Origin: the human T2T-CHM13v2.0 reference genome, Homo sapiens
Assembly (NCBI RefSeq): GCF_009914755.1
Contig: NC_060933.1
Length of the DNA: 64,000 nt
Reading direction: 5' to 3' (one strand)
In this document: one piece after another, positions 1 to 15,480 of the stretch
Layout of the letters: the number at the start of each line of letters is the position of its first letter
Numbering within the stretch: the stretch's first letter is position 1
Notes under the pieces: model-generated
Seen by the model: the letters and a program-made list of their open reading frames with translations, nothing else
What the model was told of the DNA's origin: nothing
Database searches by the model: none
Made by a program: the position numbers and the translations under genes

Positions 1-442
<442 letters not shown>

Positions 443-558
443 TGTACTTCATCTGTGTCTTCTCTGAAACACCCTGGGATAGAAGGCAAAATGGAAAGTG
501 AACAAAGGATTGCAGTACCTTCTCTAAGCATGTTCAGTAATTTTAAGGGTGGTTTCAG

Positions 559-655
559 TTTTTTTCTTTTTTTGAGATGAGGATCTCACTATGTTGCCCA
601 GGCTGGACTCGAGCTCCTAGGCTCAAGTGTTCCTCCTGCCTTAGCCTCCAGAGTA
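559..655 (-). mobile_element. Alu left-arm/FLAM fragment
   Basis: ctcactatgttgcccaggctggactcgagctcctaggctcaagtg. Confidence 0.8.
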
Positions 656-1476
656 TCATTTTTATTTCTACAAAAACAGTACAAGAGGGCAATGCTAATC
701 ATGCTTGGAAAGCTCTTATTTTGATTGATGTTGTTTAGTAATTTCTTGGTGAAAAGTTTCTGGATTGTAGTTTATCCTTGAACATATTAACATATTATTT
801 CTCCTTCTGCTTGGGTGATACATAGGTCCAGAAAGGTCAAAAGAATATTCTTTCTTTCTTTCTATTATATAGGCTAGACACATTCATATATGTAAATGAA
901 AGCTAATCCACTGCTGCTCAGAATGAAAATGGAAATTTATACTTTTCATGCATTTTGTTCCGTTGTCCCCCTGTTTGTGCCAGGCCTAACAGTGACTCTT
1001 AAAGCTGTTCTGCAGGGTCAGTTCCTCAATATCTCTTTCCTTAAGTCCCCCCAGGATGTAAACTGATGGCTCAGTCAGTAAACAAGTGAGAAATTCATTG
1101 AGTGCCAGTTAGTGTCTGGGCCTAGCATAATGCTCTGGGAGATGAACCATGAGAGAAGGCGTGGCTGCAGGGATAGTGAAAGGTCAGCGGTTTTAGGGAC
1201 ACCTCCCTTCCCTTCCTGTCTGCAGAACAGCCTTGCGTCTGAGCTTCTGTATGCTGTGGAATGGAGTAGCTGTGTGCCCAGCCGTCTTGACCTTATTCAA
1301 GACCTGGTTGAAGTCTTCCTCATAAACCTAAGAGGGTGTTTTCTTCTCAAATTAGAGAAACCAGGATTACAGTCAAATTCTTGATAAATGCTCCAAATAC
1401 GGAGCCTTTTCCAGGCACACTTCACCTTTGTTACTTACATAGCTATAGAGGTAGGATGGAGCTAGATTGTTCTATT

Positions 1477-2098
<622 letters not shown>

Positions 2099-2109
2099 CT
2101 GTTTGTCTT

Positions 2110-2490
2110 TTTATAACTGCTTCATTAAAATATAACTCATATACCATAAAATTCATCCTTTTAAAATGTATGATTCATTGGATTTTAGTATATTAACAAA
2201 GCTATGGAACCATCACTGCTATCTAATTCCAAAACATTTCCATCATCCCCAAAACAATCCCCATATTACTCCCATTTCTGCCTCCCTCCCAGCCCCTGCC
2301 AAAATACTAGTTTACTTTCTGTCTCTATGAATTTGCCTGTTCTGGACTTTTTGTATAAATGGGATCATAGAATATGTGGTCTTTTGTGTCCGACTTCTTT
2401 CATTTAGCATAATATTTTCTGGGTTTATCCATGTTGTAGCATGTTTCAGAGCTTCATTTCTTTTTGTAGTTAAATAACGTTCCATTATAT
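2110..2490 (-). mobile_element. L1M 3'-end fragment
   Basis: catataccataaaattc...ctctatgaatttgcctgttctggac...tttatccatgttgtagcatg. Confidence 0.8.
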
Positions 2491-2729
2491 GGAGGGGCTT
2501 GGTTTATTTTTAGTTCAAAAACTATTAGAGGACCAAGAAAAACTATTAAACCACAAGATTACCAAAGTGAAATATCTATTCTGTCTCATTTTATTAAGTC
2601 TCCAGTTCTTTGAATTCAACATACAAATGTAATGAGTAGAACCTCTTCTATGCAGTGAGAGGAATGTGGTGCATATGGACATTGAGCAGTCCAGGCTGTG
2701 TTATTTTCCCGTTTTGTGCTAATACTATT

Positions 2730-3117
2730 TCTATTAGTCTGGTTGGGCTGCTGTAACAAAAAGGCACAGACTAGGTGGCCCAACAACAGAAATTTATTTT
2801 CTTATAGTCTGGAGGCTGGAAGTCCAAGATCAAGGTGCTGTCAGAGTTGCTTTCCGGTAAGGCTTCTCTCCTGGGTTGTAGACTGCCATCTTATGTCCTC
2901 ACATGGCTTTTCCTCTTTGTGTGTGTGGAGATAGACACAGAGAGAGAATGGAATGTGAGTTCTGGTCTCTCTTCTTCTTAAAAGGACACTAGTCTTAGAG
3001 AGTATGACCTCATTTAACCCCAGTTATCTCCCTAAAGGCCCTGTCTCCAAATACAGTCACATTGGGAGCTAGGACTTCAGTAGTTTTAGCACAGAGACTA
3101 CATTCAGTCACTAACAC
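2730..3117. mobile_element. MLT1 (MaLR) solo LTR
   Basis: ttagtct...ggctgctgtaacaaa...cagaaatttattttc...ctggaggctggaagtccaagatcaaggtg. Confidence 0.8.
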
Positions 3118-3799
3118 TACTGAAGGGTTTTATGTCTCTAAATGTCTCTTCTTGATGAGATTTGGTGGGTCGGTGTGTGTAAAATGAACGGAGTATGTTG
3201 TGTGTTTTCAGGTCTTACTGCCTCAATTCTGGTCTTTGCTGATCACTTACCTTCCTAACTCTCCAACACAGAGACCCCAGCCCACGTCAGGCCCTCATCT
3301 GCAGATCGCATCCCTAGAGCCAGCGGTGGCTCTCAGAGATAGAGAACGCAGTGGTCACTCACACCCCACTCACGGGAACACTTTTCCAGATTGTTGCTCT
3401 TCTTTTCCTCATTTAACTCCCTAGAATTTCATTTCATTTCATTTCTACCTCTGAATTTCAGAAAATTTCTAATCCATGCCATCTTTGCCTTTTAACAAAT
3501 GCTCTGCATAACCTTAAACAGTTTAACTCTGATGTACTGCTAAAGTGAGAGACTTTGCCAGTTTTCCTGGCAGATACAGCAGAATTTGGGCCTCCACACG
3601 CAGGGACATGAATGAGAGAGCAGTGCGTTATTTCTTGATGTTATAATGAGCCAATGCAATGGTAACTTCAGAGTGAACTGGCTAACATTCATGAACTATC
3701 TAATGTCTATATAGACCATCCATATATGAAAAATAAACTTTTACTTTTGGAAGCACTTTGACATAGATCATTTTGTTCAGTCCTAACAACAATCTTACT

Positions 3800-4680
<881 letters not shown>

Positions 4681-4867
4681 GTAGGTAGAGCAAAAACCAC
4701 TGACCCTATTTTATCCATAAGCCGATGCTGAATAGAGAGAATGGGTAACAAAGCTAGGAATGGAGCAGGGTGACCTTATCTCTCCTGACCGGGTTTCTTC
4801 CTGGGACACTTTTCAGCCTCAGGCTGTCAAACCAGCATTGAACCCTTGTCTTTAGCCTGATGTTGTA

Positions 4868-5060
4868 GACCTGCACCATCCAGTACAGCAGCTACCAGCA
4901 CATAGGGTTATTTAAATTTTAATTACAATGGAAAATGCAATTCCTCTGTCACACCAGGCCCATTTCAGGTGCTTTGTGGCTACAAGAGGCTAGTTATATC
5001 GTATTGGATAGTGCAGAAACAATATTTCCATCATCATAGGAAGTTGTATTCGGCAACTTT
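4868..5060. mobile_element. MER3/MER33-like hAT MITE
   Basis: ctattt/aaatt core, gtattggatagtgcag, atttccatcatc. Confidence 0.6.
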
Positions 5061-5459
5061 TTGGGTCTTTTACAGTGACAGGAAAGGACATTGCAGGGTT
5101 TAAACCTGAGAAAACAAGTCCCATATGCTCACAAACACCATTTAAAGGTCTTGACTTTTGTGGGAACATCAGCCCTTATTCTCCTATCCTGTCGGGTTGA
5201 GGAGCTGTTACTGACAGACTTATTGAGTGACTGCTAACAGAATTAGTTGATCCTTGGACCTAACCTGTGATGCACACTTAAGAAAAAAAAAAAAAGATGA
5301 TGAAAGTGAGTAACTCAGCTAGAACTTGGTTGATCTCAGTCCAAGAATAGTACTTGCCCAGAGTGGAAAACTTGTCTTATGGCCTTGGAGCAGCATGTGA
5401 GCCTTGGAGACTTGGCAAGGATGCTTTCATTAAAACCAAAACTGGGGATGTAGCATTCA

Positions 5460-6030
5460 TCCCTTATCAGATAGAAGATGTGCACATATTTTCTCCCATT
5501 TCGTGAGTGGCCTCTTCACTCTGTTGATAGTGACCAGTGAGTGACCTTTGATGCACACATATTTTTAATTTTTGATGAAGCCCAGTTTGTTTTGTTTCTT
5601 CTTCTGTTGCCTGTGCTTTTGGTGTCATATTTAAGAAATCAGAGCTGGATGTGATGGCATGCATCTGTAGTCCTAGCTATTCAGGAGGCTGAGGGAGGAG
5701 GATCACTTGAGCCCAGGAGTTTGAGGCTGCAGTGAGCTGTAATCACACCAGCGCTCTCCAGCTTGGGCAAAAAAATGAGACCCTGTCTCAAAAATTAAAA
5801 AATTTAAAAATTTTAAAAAGAGAAGTCATTGCCAAATCTGTGTCATATTGTCTTCTAAGCATTTTATAGTTTTTTAGCTCTTAGGTTTAATCCAGGTCTT
5901 TGATCCATTTTGAGTTAATTTTTGTATATGGTGTAAGGGAAGAGTCCAGCTTCATTCTTTTGCATGTGAATATCCAGTTTTCCCGGCACTATTTGTTAAA
6001 CACTCTCCTTTCCTCCATTAAATGGTCTTG
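5460..6030 (-). mobile_element. L1M ORF2 fragment with an Alu monomer (5645-5820, +) inserted
   Basis: cccttatcagata...gcttttggtgtcatatttaagaa...tccattttgagttaatttttgtatatggtgtaagg. Confidence 0.8.
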
Positions 6031-7728
6031 GTGCCAAGAGGACAAAGTGGCAAAAGAGGAAAGTTTTGACACTTTCGATGACTGTGGCCCTTTTCTGTGA
6101 GCATCAGAGAACACCAGACATTGAATGTTGAATCCTAAGCACAAGCCTATAAAATCGGCAGTTGTTGATACACCTTGATCTCTCTGGTGAATATTTTCTC
6201 GGTTATCTTACTTTTGTTTGTCTCTCCCAGCTGTCTCAACTATATCTTTCCTACAGTTCTGAAATAAAGGCATATAGGGTAACCAGGGAAGGGAATCCTC
6301 CAAAATCATTTATAATAGAAGCAGTGAGAATAGTAGTGCATTTAAAGACTGTGGGTGATTTTCAATTTTTCTAGTTCTAAGTGACTAGTGTTTTTCTAAT
6401 TGAAAGTGACTAATGGTAATTTTTAAAATACCCAGTTTTTAAGGATCATCTGTAGCTGCTTATATGTAAGAGATGGTAAGTTCCAGTGGAAAAGCCCCTA
6501 TATCCTCTAGTGTCCTATAGGAATATTCCTAAAGAAACGGACTATCAGAGCTAACAGCAGATTGGCAAACGAGGGGGGCAGATGGATAATGCCTGGCTGG
6601 TTGCAGCCTGAAATTGTCAATCACCTCTTAATGTTTACAAAAGTGAAAAGTCAATGTGTAGTTGTTTTAATTTGACACACTCTTAGGTTGAGAGAGTGTA
6701 ATTGCCGGAGGGGACAGTTAAGTGGCTCTGCTCCTTGTCAGCCTGTCTGAGTCTGACTCCAGTGCTAAGCACTTTTCTGATGAGCGATAGATTGGGTTAA
6801 ATACTGGCGTAATTGCTCGCTTCCGCATACCAGTCTCGCAATGCCTTGTACTACATTTCTATCAGCACTTGCCTGAGGCTGTGAGAGTTTATGCTGCAAA
6901 GAGAGCCCGTATGTTCATTTTCATGAATCAGTGTCGGGTTTTGAAAAGCAGTTGTTACAGCGCTAAATGGACTGTAATAAATTACACCCCCTCCAGACCC
7001 GTTGAGTAAATCAGAACTGTTTATATCCATCCAAGTGGTCTTTTGAGTATAAATGACTTTTGTTTACTTATCAAACCAAATGTTTGTCTCCAGGAAATGG
7101 AGGCAGATGATTTGTTCATTTTTTAATCCTGTGAATAGCACTTCACTGCTGTGAAACCAGAGAGGAAATTCTGTGTATTGTTAGGTAGAAAAGTGCCACC
7201 TATCCCCACCCTCCCATAAGTGAAATATCCCAAAGTCGTTTTCAAGGCTGGAGACACTTTATTGTAATTCTGCAACTCTGAGTAGCAGCCTGTCTCTACC
7301 CACTACCTCATATGTGGCAACAATGCAGAGCTCGGAAAAGCATGGCTTCTTGTCCCAGTCATTTCTATGAGAAGAAAGTGAATTTTGTAAAATACATTTC
7401 TCTCTCTTTGGATTGCTTGTCTCCACTTCTTTATGAAGGATGTGTGTTGCTTGATACTTATTTACTTGGGAGTCAAGAGAGAACTGTTGAAATGTATGCA
7501 TTCCTTTTGCAAATTAGACTTATCAGAGGTCTGCCCCTTCTTGGTAGGACATAGATATTGCAGTTTTATTGTAGTAGCTCTATGGTTATGAAATACCTGC
7601 TTCATATTTAATACTAGATGAAAGAACTATCTCCTGGCTTTCTTCTTGGCTTTTTTGATGGGCCATTGTCTTCTTCCACTTAACATCTCCTGTGAGGTTA
7701 TTAGGCTATATTAATAATGTCTTCTTCA

Positions 7729-8029
7729 GGCCGGGTGTGGTGGCTCATGCCTGTAATCCTAGAACTTTGGGAGGCTGAGGCAGGTGGATCACCTGAGGTC
7801 AGGAGTTCGAGACCAGCCTGGCCAACATGGCGAAACCCTGTCTCTACTAAAAATACAAAGAATTAGCCAAGTGTGGTGGCAGGCGCCAGCAATCCCAGCT
7901 ACTCGGGAGGCTGAGGCAATGAGAATCGCTTGAACCTGGGAGGCGGAAATTGCAGTGAGCCGAGATCACACCATTGCACTCCAGCCTGGGCAACAGAGCA
8001 AAACTTCATCTCAAAAAAAAAAAAAAAAA
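7729..8029 (+). mobile_element. AluS
   Basis: Full dimer, poly(A), TSD gtcttcttca. Confidence 0.95.
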
Positions 8030-8069
8030 GTCTTCTTCAAGGAAGCCCTGATAATCCTTTCTTATTACA

Positions 8070-10160
8070 TTTTTTCTTACTGTGTTAAATATACATAACA
8101 TAAAATGTCAAAATTTGCCATTTTAACATTTTTAAGCATACAATTCAGTAGCGTTAAATGCATTCACAATCTTGTATAACCATCACCACTATCTATTTGC
8201 AGAATGTTTTTTTATCATTCCAAACAGAAACTCTTTACCTCTTAAGCAATAACTTCCCATTTTCCATTTCCTCCTGCCCCTGGTAATCTCTCTTCTACTT
8301 TCCATCTTTATGAATTTGCCTATTTCAAATACCTCATATAAATGGAATGATGCCATATTTGTCCTTTTGCATCTGGCTTATTTCACTAAGCACGGTGTTT
8401 TCAAGGTTCATCCATGTTGTGGCATGTGTCAGACCCTCATTCCTTTTTATGGCTGAATAATATTGCATTGCCTGTGTGCGCCTTCTTTTGTTTATCTGTT
8501 CTTCTGTTGATGGGCACTTGGGTTTCCACCCTTTGGCTACTGTGAAATAATGCTGCTGTGAAGTTTGGTGTACAAGTATCTGTGTGAGTACCTGCTTTCA
8601 GTTCTTCTGGATATATATCTAGAAGTAGAATTGCTGCGTTAAATGGTAATTTTATGGTTAAGTTTTTGCAGAACTGCCAAACTGGTTTCCACAGTGTCAG
8701 CATGATTTTACATTCCAGTCAGCAGTGCATGATGGTTCAACTTTTTCCATATCCTTCCCAACTCTTGTTGTTTTCCGTTTTTTTGATAATAGCCTTCCTA
8801 ATGGGTGTAAAGTGGAATCTGATCATGAGTTTGATTTGCGTTTCACTGATGGCTAATGATGTTGAGCATTTTTTTCATGTGCTTCTTGGCCATTTATGTA
8901 TCGTCTTTGGAGAAATGCCTGTTCAAGTCATTTGCACATTTTTAAATTGGGTTGTTTGGTTTTTTGTCGTTGTTGTAGGAGTTCTTTATTATGTTCTGGA
9001 TACAAATCCTTTTAAGCTATGATTTCCAAGTATTTTTTTTCCCATTCTGTGGGTTGTCTTTTTACTCTCTTTTTAGTATCTTTTGCACAAAAGTTTTTTT
9101 TTTATTTTGATAAAGTCCAAGTTATCTAGTTTTTCTTTTGTTGCCTGTGCTTTTGGTGTCATATTTAAGAAACCATTGTCAAATCCAAGGTTATAAAGAT
9201 TTATTTTTGTTTTTTTAAGAGTTTTATAGTTATAGTTTTAGCTCTTAAGATCTTTCATTAATTTTAAGTTGATTTTTGTATACAATGTAAGGTAAGGATC
9301 TAACTCTATTCTTTGGTATGTGGATATCCCGTTTTCCCAACATTGTTTATTGAAAAGACTCCTTTTCCCAGTGAGTGGTCTTAGCACACTTGTCAAAAAT
9401 CAGTTGACCGTATATTTGAGGGTTTATATTGCAGCTTTTGTAGTGAGTTTTGAAATCAGGAAATGTGATCCCTCTAATTTTGTTCTTTCTTTTCAGGTTA
9501 TGTTGGCTATTTGATGTGCCTTGGAATTCCATATGAATTTTACAATGGGTTTTTCTATTTATGCAAAAAACAGATTTTGAGATTTTGATGGAAATTGAAT
9601 TGAATCTGTAGATTGTTTTGGGTACTATTGTCATCTTAACAATATTAAGTCTTCCAGTCCATGAACACGGGATGATGTCTTTCTATTTATTTAGGTATTT
9701 AATACTTTCTTTAAGCATTTTTAATAGTTTTATCTGTGCCTGTCACCTCCCTGGTTAAATTTATTTCTGAATATTATTTTTGATGGTATTGTAAATAGAA
9801 TTTCTTAATATTTTGTTGCTAGGGTATAGAAATACAACTGATTTTTGTGTGTTGATTTTATATCCTGCAACTTTGCTGAATTTATTAGCTCTATCAGTTT
9901 TTTTGTGGATTCTCTAGTATTTTCTATAATAAGTTTACATCCTCTGTGAACAAAGATAATTGTACTTCTTTCTTTCCAATTTGGGTGCTTTATTTCTAGT
10001 CTATTTGCTCTGACTAGAATTTACAGTATTGTATTGAACAGAGGTGGCACAAGTGGGCATCGTTGTTTGGTTTCTGATTTTGGAGGAAAGCATTATTATT
10101 TCACCATTGAATGTGATGTTTAGCTCTGGGTTTTTCATATACGACCGTGATCATGTTGAA
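8070..10160 (-). mobile_element. L1MB-like element (3' UTR and ORF2 3' part), degenerate
   Basis: Minus-strand peptide IVPKTIYRFNSISIKI...YGQLIFDKCAK resembles L1 ORF2; typical L1M 3' UTR. Confidence 0.88.
8472..8951 (+). repeat. Inverted repeat arm A (donor), 480 bp
   Basis: Reverse complement of 11137-11616 with 5 mismatches by manual comparison. Confidence 0.95.
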
Positions 10161-11117
10161 CACTAATAGCCTGATTTGCTTGTTTTCTGGACTCTTTAAT
10201 CTAAGGTAATCATTAATCTATGAAGAAGTGGGTGGTGGAGTTGTCAACTGCTCAGTGATCTTGTAACCCACCCCTGCCTTCACTGGTTAGGTTGGGTTGC
10301 CCCACTCCATAGCCTTCTAGGGCTACCTTAAAGGTACCAGTAACACCCCATTTATGCCTGTGCATCCTTTTCCCCTAAGAATCCTCTTCGTTTACACGAT
10401 TTAGTGGATCCTGACCTAGCCCTGCTCATCTTCTGTCTGTCCTAGATAGTTCAGCTTCTTCCTTTCAAGATGCTTCCATCCCAGTGCTTACCCTCCACTC
10501 TAGAGACCACTTACCAGGCCACTAAGGACCTCCTTTTAACTGTCTGCTTATTCCTGTTGCACTTAACTCCCAAATTGCACCATATGCTGGGAACAATCTT
10601 AACTCCCTACCCAGTCCTCCTAACTTCCCTCATTCACCAAGTCTTCTTCTTTAATTAGCCGTCTCTAAAACTCTTATGTCAGGATATTTCCAAAATGAAT
10701 GACAAAAACAGAGTTAATTTACCGTGGCCAGTCTTGTTTTGAAATATGAAACTTCCCCACACATGCTGAAAATATTTTGTCCTGTTCTCTGTTGTATATT
10801 CTTTCTCTCGTTTGTTCTCTGGACTTTATTATTCCTTTATTGGCATTTAATGCACACCTAAGCTACAAAGAGGGCTTTGCATTATTCTCTGCTTAACTCC
10901 TATTTTAGAGCATCATACAAAGTTATTTTTATCATTTTTACCAAAAGCAATACAAGCTCACGGGGGGAAAAGTCAAATAATGTAGGAGTGTACAAAGTAA
11001 AACCAGAAATTTTGTAGTGAAGTTTTATAGTTTCTTTCATATAGATACTACATATTTTTCCTCTCCCTCCTCTGTATGTTGTAGAAATAGTCATTAATAC
11101 CTATAAGGGTGGACATT

Positions 11118-13000
11118 ATACTGGCAGAAAGATTTGCCCAATTTAAAAATGGGCAAATGACTTGAACAGGCATTTCTCCAAAGACGATACATAAATGGCC
11201 AAGAAGCACATGAAAAAAATGCTCAACATCATTAGCCATCAGTGAAACGCAAATCAAACTCATGATCAGATTCCACTTTACACCCATTAGAAAGGCTATT
11301 ATCAAAAAAACGGAAAACAACAAGAGTTGGGAAGGATATGGAAAAAGTTGAACCATCATGCACTGCTGACTGGAATGTAAAATCATGCTGACACTGTGGA
11401 AACCAGTTTGGCAGTTCTGCAAAAACTTAACCATAAAATTACCATTTAATGCAGCAATTCTACTTCTAGATATATATCCAGAAGAACTGAAAGCAGGTAC
11501 TCACACAGATACTTGTACACCAAACCTCACAGCAGCATTATTTCACAGTAGCCAAAGGGTGGAAACCCAAGTGCCCATCAACAGAAGAACAGATAAACAA
11601 AAGAAGGCACACACAGACATAGAGACCAATAGACTAGGATAGAAAGCCCAGAAATAACTCCCACATGTATGGTCAAATGATTTTTGACCAGAGTGCTAAG
11701 AACATTCAATAGAGAACATTCTTAACAAATGAGCTAGGAAAACTGGCTATCCACATAAAAAAAAAATGAAGTTGGAGTCTTACCTTATACCATATACAAA
11801 AATTAACTCAAAATGGATCAAAGACCTAAATGCAGGACCTAAAATTATGAAAGTCTTAGAAGAAAACAGAGGAAAAGCTTCATTACATTGGATTTGGCGA
11901 TGACTTCTTGGATATGACATTAAAGGCTCAGGTAACAAAAGGAAAAAAAAATTGGACTTGATGTTGAAAATCTGTACATCAAAAGACACTATTCAACAGA
12001 GTTAAGAGGCACAACCTTCAGAATGGGAGAAAATATTTGCAAATCATATGTCTGATAAGGAATTAATATCCAAAATACACAGAGATCTGCTAAAACTCAG
12101 CAACAGCAAAACAACCCATTTCAAAAATGGCCAAAGGACTTGAACAGACATTTCTCCAAAGAAGATATAGTAATGGCTAATACGCATATGAAAGGATGCT
12201 CAATATCTAATCATTAGGGAATGCAAATAAGAATGACAATGAGATACTGCCTCACACACATTAGGATGGCTACTATAAAAACAATGACAAATGTTGACAA
12301 GGATGTGGAATAATTGGGACCCTTGGGCACTATTGGTGGGAATGTGAAGTGCTATAGCCTTTATGCAAACAGTATGGTGGGTCTTCAAAATATGAACCCA
12401 AATTACCACATGATCCAGCAATTACACTTCTTGATATTTACCCCAAAGAAGTGAAAGCAGGGTCCAGAGATATTTGTACACTCAATGTTCACAGCAGCAT
12501 AAATGGGGGTCAACCTAAGTGTCCATCAACAGAGGGTGGACAAAGAAAATGTGGCGCATGCATGAGCGTGTGCGCACACACACCCCCTCCCCCCCCCCAC
12601 ACATATGCAATGGAATATTAAAGGAAGGAAAATCTGACTCATGTTATAACATGGATGAACCTTGAGGACATTATGCTAAGTTACATGTCGTTCACAAGAA
12701 GACAAATACTGTATGATTCCACATGTTTAAGGTACTTAGAGTAGTCAAAACATAGAGGCAAAAAGTGGAGTAGTGGTTGCTGGGTGTTGAGGGGAGGACA
12801 GAATGGAGAGTTATCGTTTTTTTGGGTATAGAGTTACAGTTTGAGAACATAAAAAGTTCTGGAGATGGAGGGTGGTGATGGTTACACAGCAGCCTGAATG
12901 AACTTAATTGCTATTGAACTGTACACTTAAAAAATGGTTAGGATGGTAAATTTTATGTTTACATGTATTTCACCACCAAAAAAATAGGAAGAAAAGAAAA
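11118..13000 (+). mobile_element. 5'-truncated L1MB-like element carrying the 480-bp insertion near its 5' end
   Basis: ORF2 3' part and 3' UTR to A-rich tail; candidate TSD aagggtggacatt (11105-11117) / aagtatggacatt (13001-13013). Confidence 0.85.
11137..11616 (-). repeat. Inverted repeat arm B (inserted copy), 480 bp
   Basis: Near-identical ORF translations on opposite strands (8654+ vs 11434-; 8703- vs 11385+). Confidence 0.95.
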
Positions 13001-14080
<1,080 letters not shown>

Positions 14081-14292
14081 TTGAACTTCTTTATTTATTT
14101 CTATTTTTTTTTCAATCCTCACAAAAAACACTGGGGTGTTATTTAAGCCATCTGTCGCAAAGAATTACTCCCTTAAGGAATGTGGCAAATAAATCGCAGA
14201 GCAGGAATTCAAAACCAGATCTGACTTTAAACCTCTGCACACCCCTCCCCCCAACCCTATATGATGCTGCTTAGTGAAGTATACAGGATATC

Positions 14293-14730
14293 TGTGTCTT
14301 AGTTTGGGTTTCACATAAAAGCAGAACCGAAGACAATAAGGATTTGCGTTTTGATAGCATATCAGGTTGTTATTCCAAGGAGTAAGAGTGAAGGATCAGG
14401 AGGAGGAAGAAAAGCCAACATAAAATTGTGAAGGCAACAGGTGTTAGATTCAGGGCTTTCTGCAGAGTTCCTAGAGAGCCTTCCAGAATCATTCATCTGA
14501 GGATAAAACAGAGTATTTACCTTCCCATCGGCCCTTATCTCTCAATGAGGTGTTGAACCCCCTCACTTCTGAGTTGCACCTGTGTACTTGAAAAACAGTA
14601 ACAGGAGCCCTGGGGCAGGAAGTGACTCATAGTCTCATCTCCATGCAGGTTGCTGTCACAGGGAGGTGAGGTGATGCTTTCACAGAGGCATTGGCTGGAG
14701 AATGAGAGTTGGCACCAGGGGCAACGAGGA
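14293..14730. mobile_element. Old MLT1 LTR
   Basis: tgtcttagtttgggtttc...agcagaacc...aaggatttg start motif. Confidence 0.5.
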
Positions 14731-15219
14731 CACTCTCTCAACAGGCATGTCACTGGAACTCACACTTGACAGTACATTTACCCAAATATTTTCTGTGCAA
14801 GTAATACACAGTTGTCTAACACTTACATCCTGAATTTGGGGTGCTGATAATTATTTTTATTTCCTTAAATTCTGAAGGTCATGGGGATGGTGGGGATATG
14901 TATGTGGTCCATAGCGAAATGGACTTCTTCTTCTGCTAGAAGCAAGAGGTCAGGGAGGAGTGTTGGAAATAACGTGTTAAAGATCCGCCAGCAGATTACA
15001 ATTTACTGATGAAGGACCCCATTCTCAAGAGGATTTATTTTTGTAAGAAAAGCCGCAAAAGCACAATGGGAAAGAAGTTATTTTTATCTTTCTTAATCAA
15101 AATACATTGATTTAAAGAAAAGATGAGTTTAAAGGTATCCTTCAGAGTATGTGGTTGGCTTTTGGGCTTAAGCACTCATTTGTGGCCAAATTCTTTTCCC
15201 TTGTGTTTCTTGGAGTGGG

Positions 15220-15480
15220 GCAGCATTGCATAATGGTTGAGAGTACTGTGTTTGGGGTCTCTCAGACCTGGGTCATCACTTAGTAACCATATAAACTTGG
15301 GCACCATTTGACTTGGGCAAATTTCTTCCCCTCTCTAAACCTTAGTTTTCCTGACTGTAAGTTGGAGGTGATAGGATGCATTTCATTTAGTTTTTGTGTG
15401 GAGTAAGTGAAATAGTGTTTCTAAAGGGCTTAACACTGCACCCGGCACATGAGTGGTGTTCACTAATTTGTAGTTACTAC
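15220..15480. mobile_element. MIR
   Basis: gacttgggcaaatttcttcccctctctaaaccttagttttcctgactgtaa core. Confidence 0.75.

Noticed and set aside
8654-9022. Twin hydrophobic 122/128-aa ORFs (also 11048-11434) that look like duplicated membrane proteins
   Set aside because: Antisense translation of L1 sequence; identity is explained by the inverted duplication
12552-12605. Alternating purine/pyrimidine run plus poly-C inside L1
   Set aside because: Short and interrupted; ordinary microsatellite decay at a common L1 position
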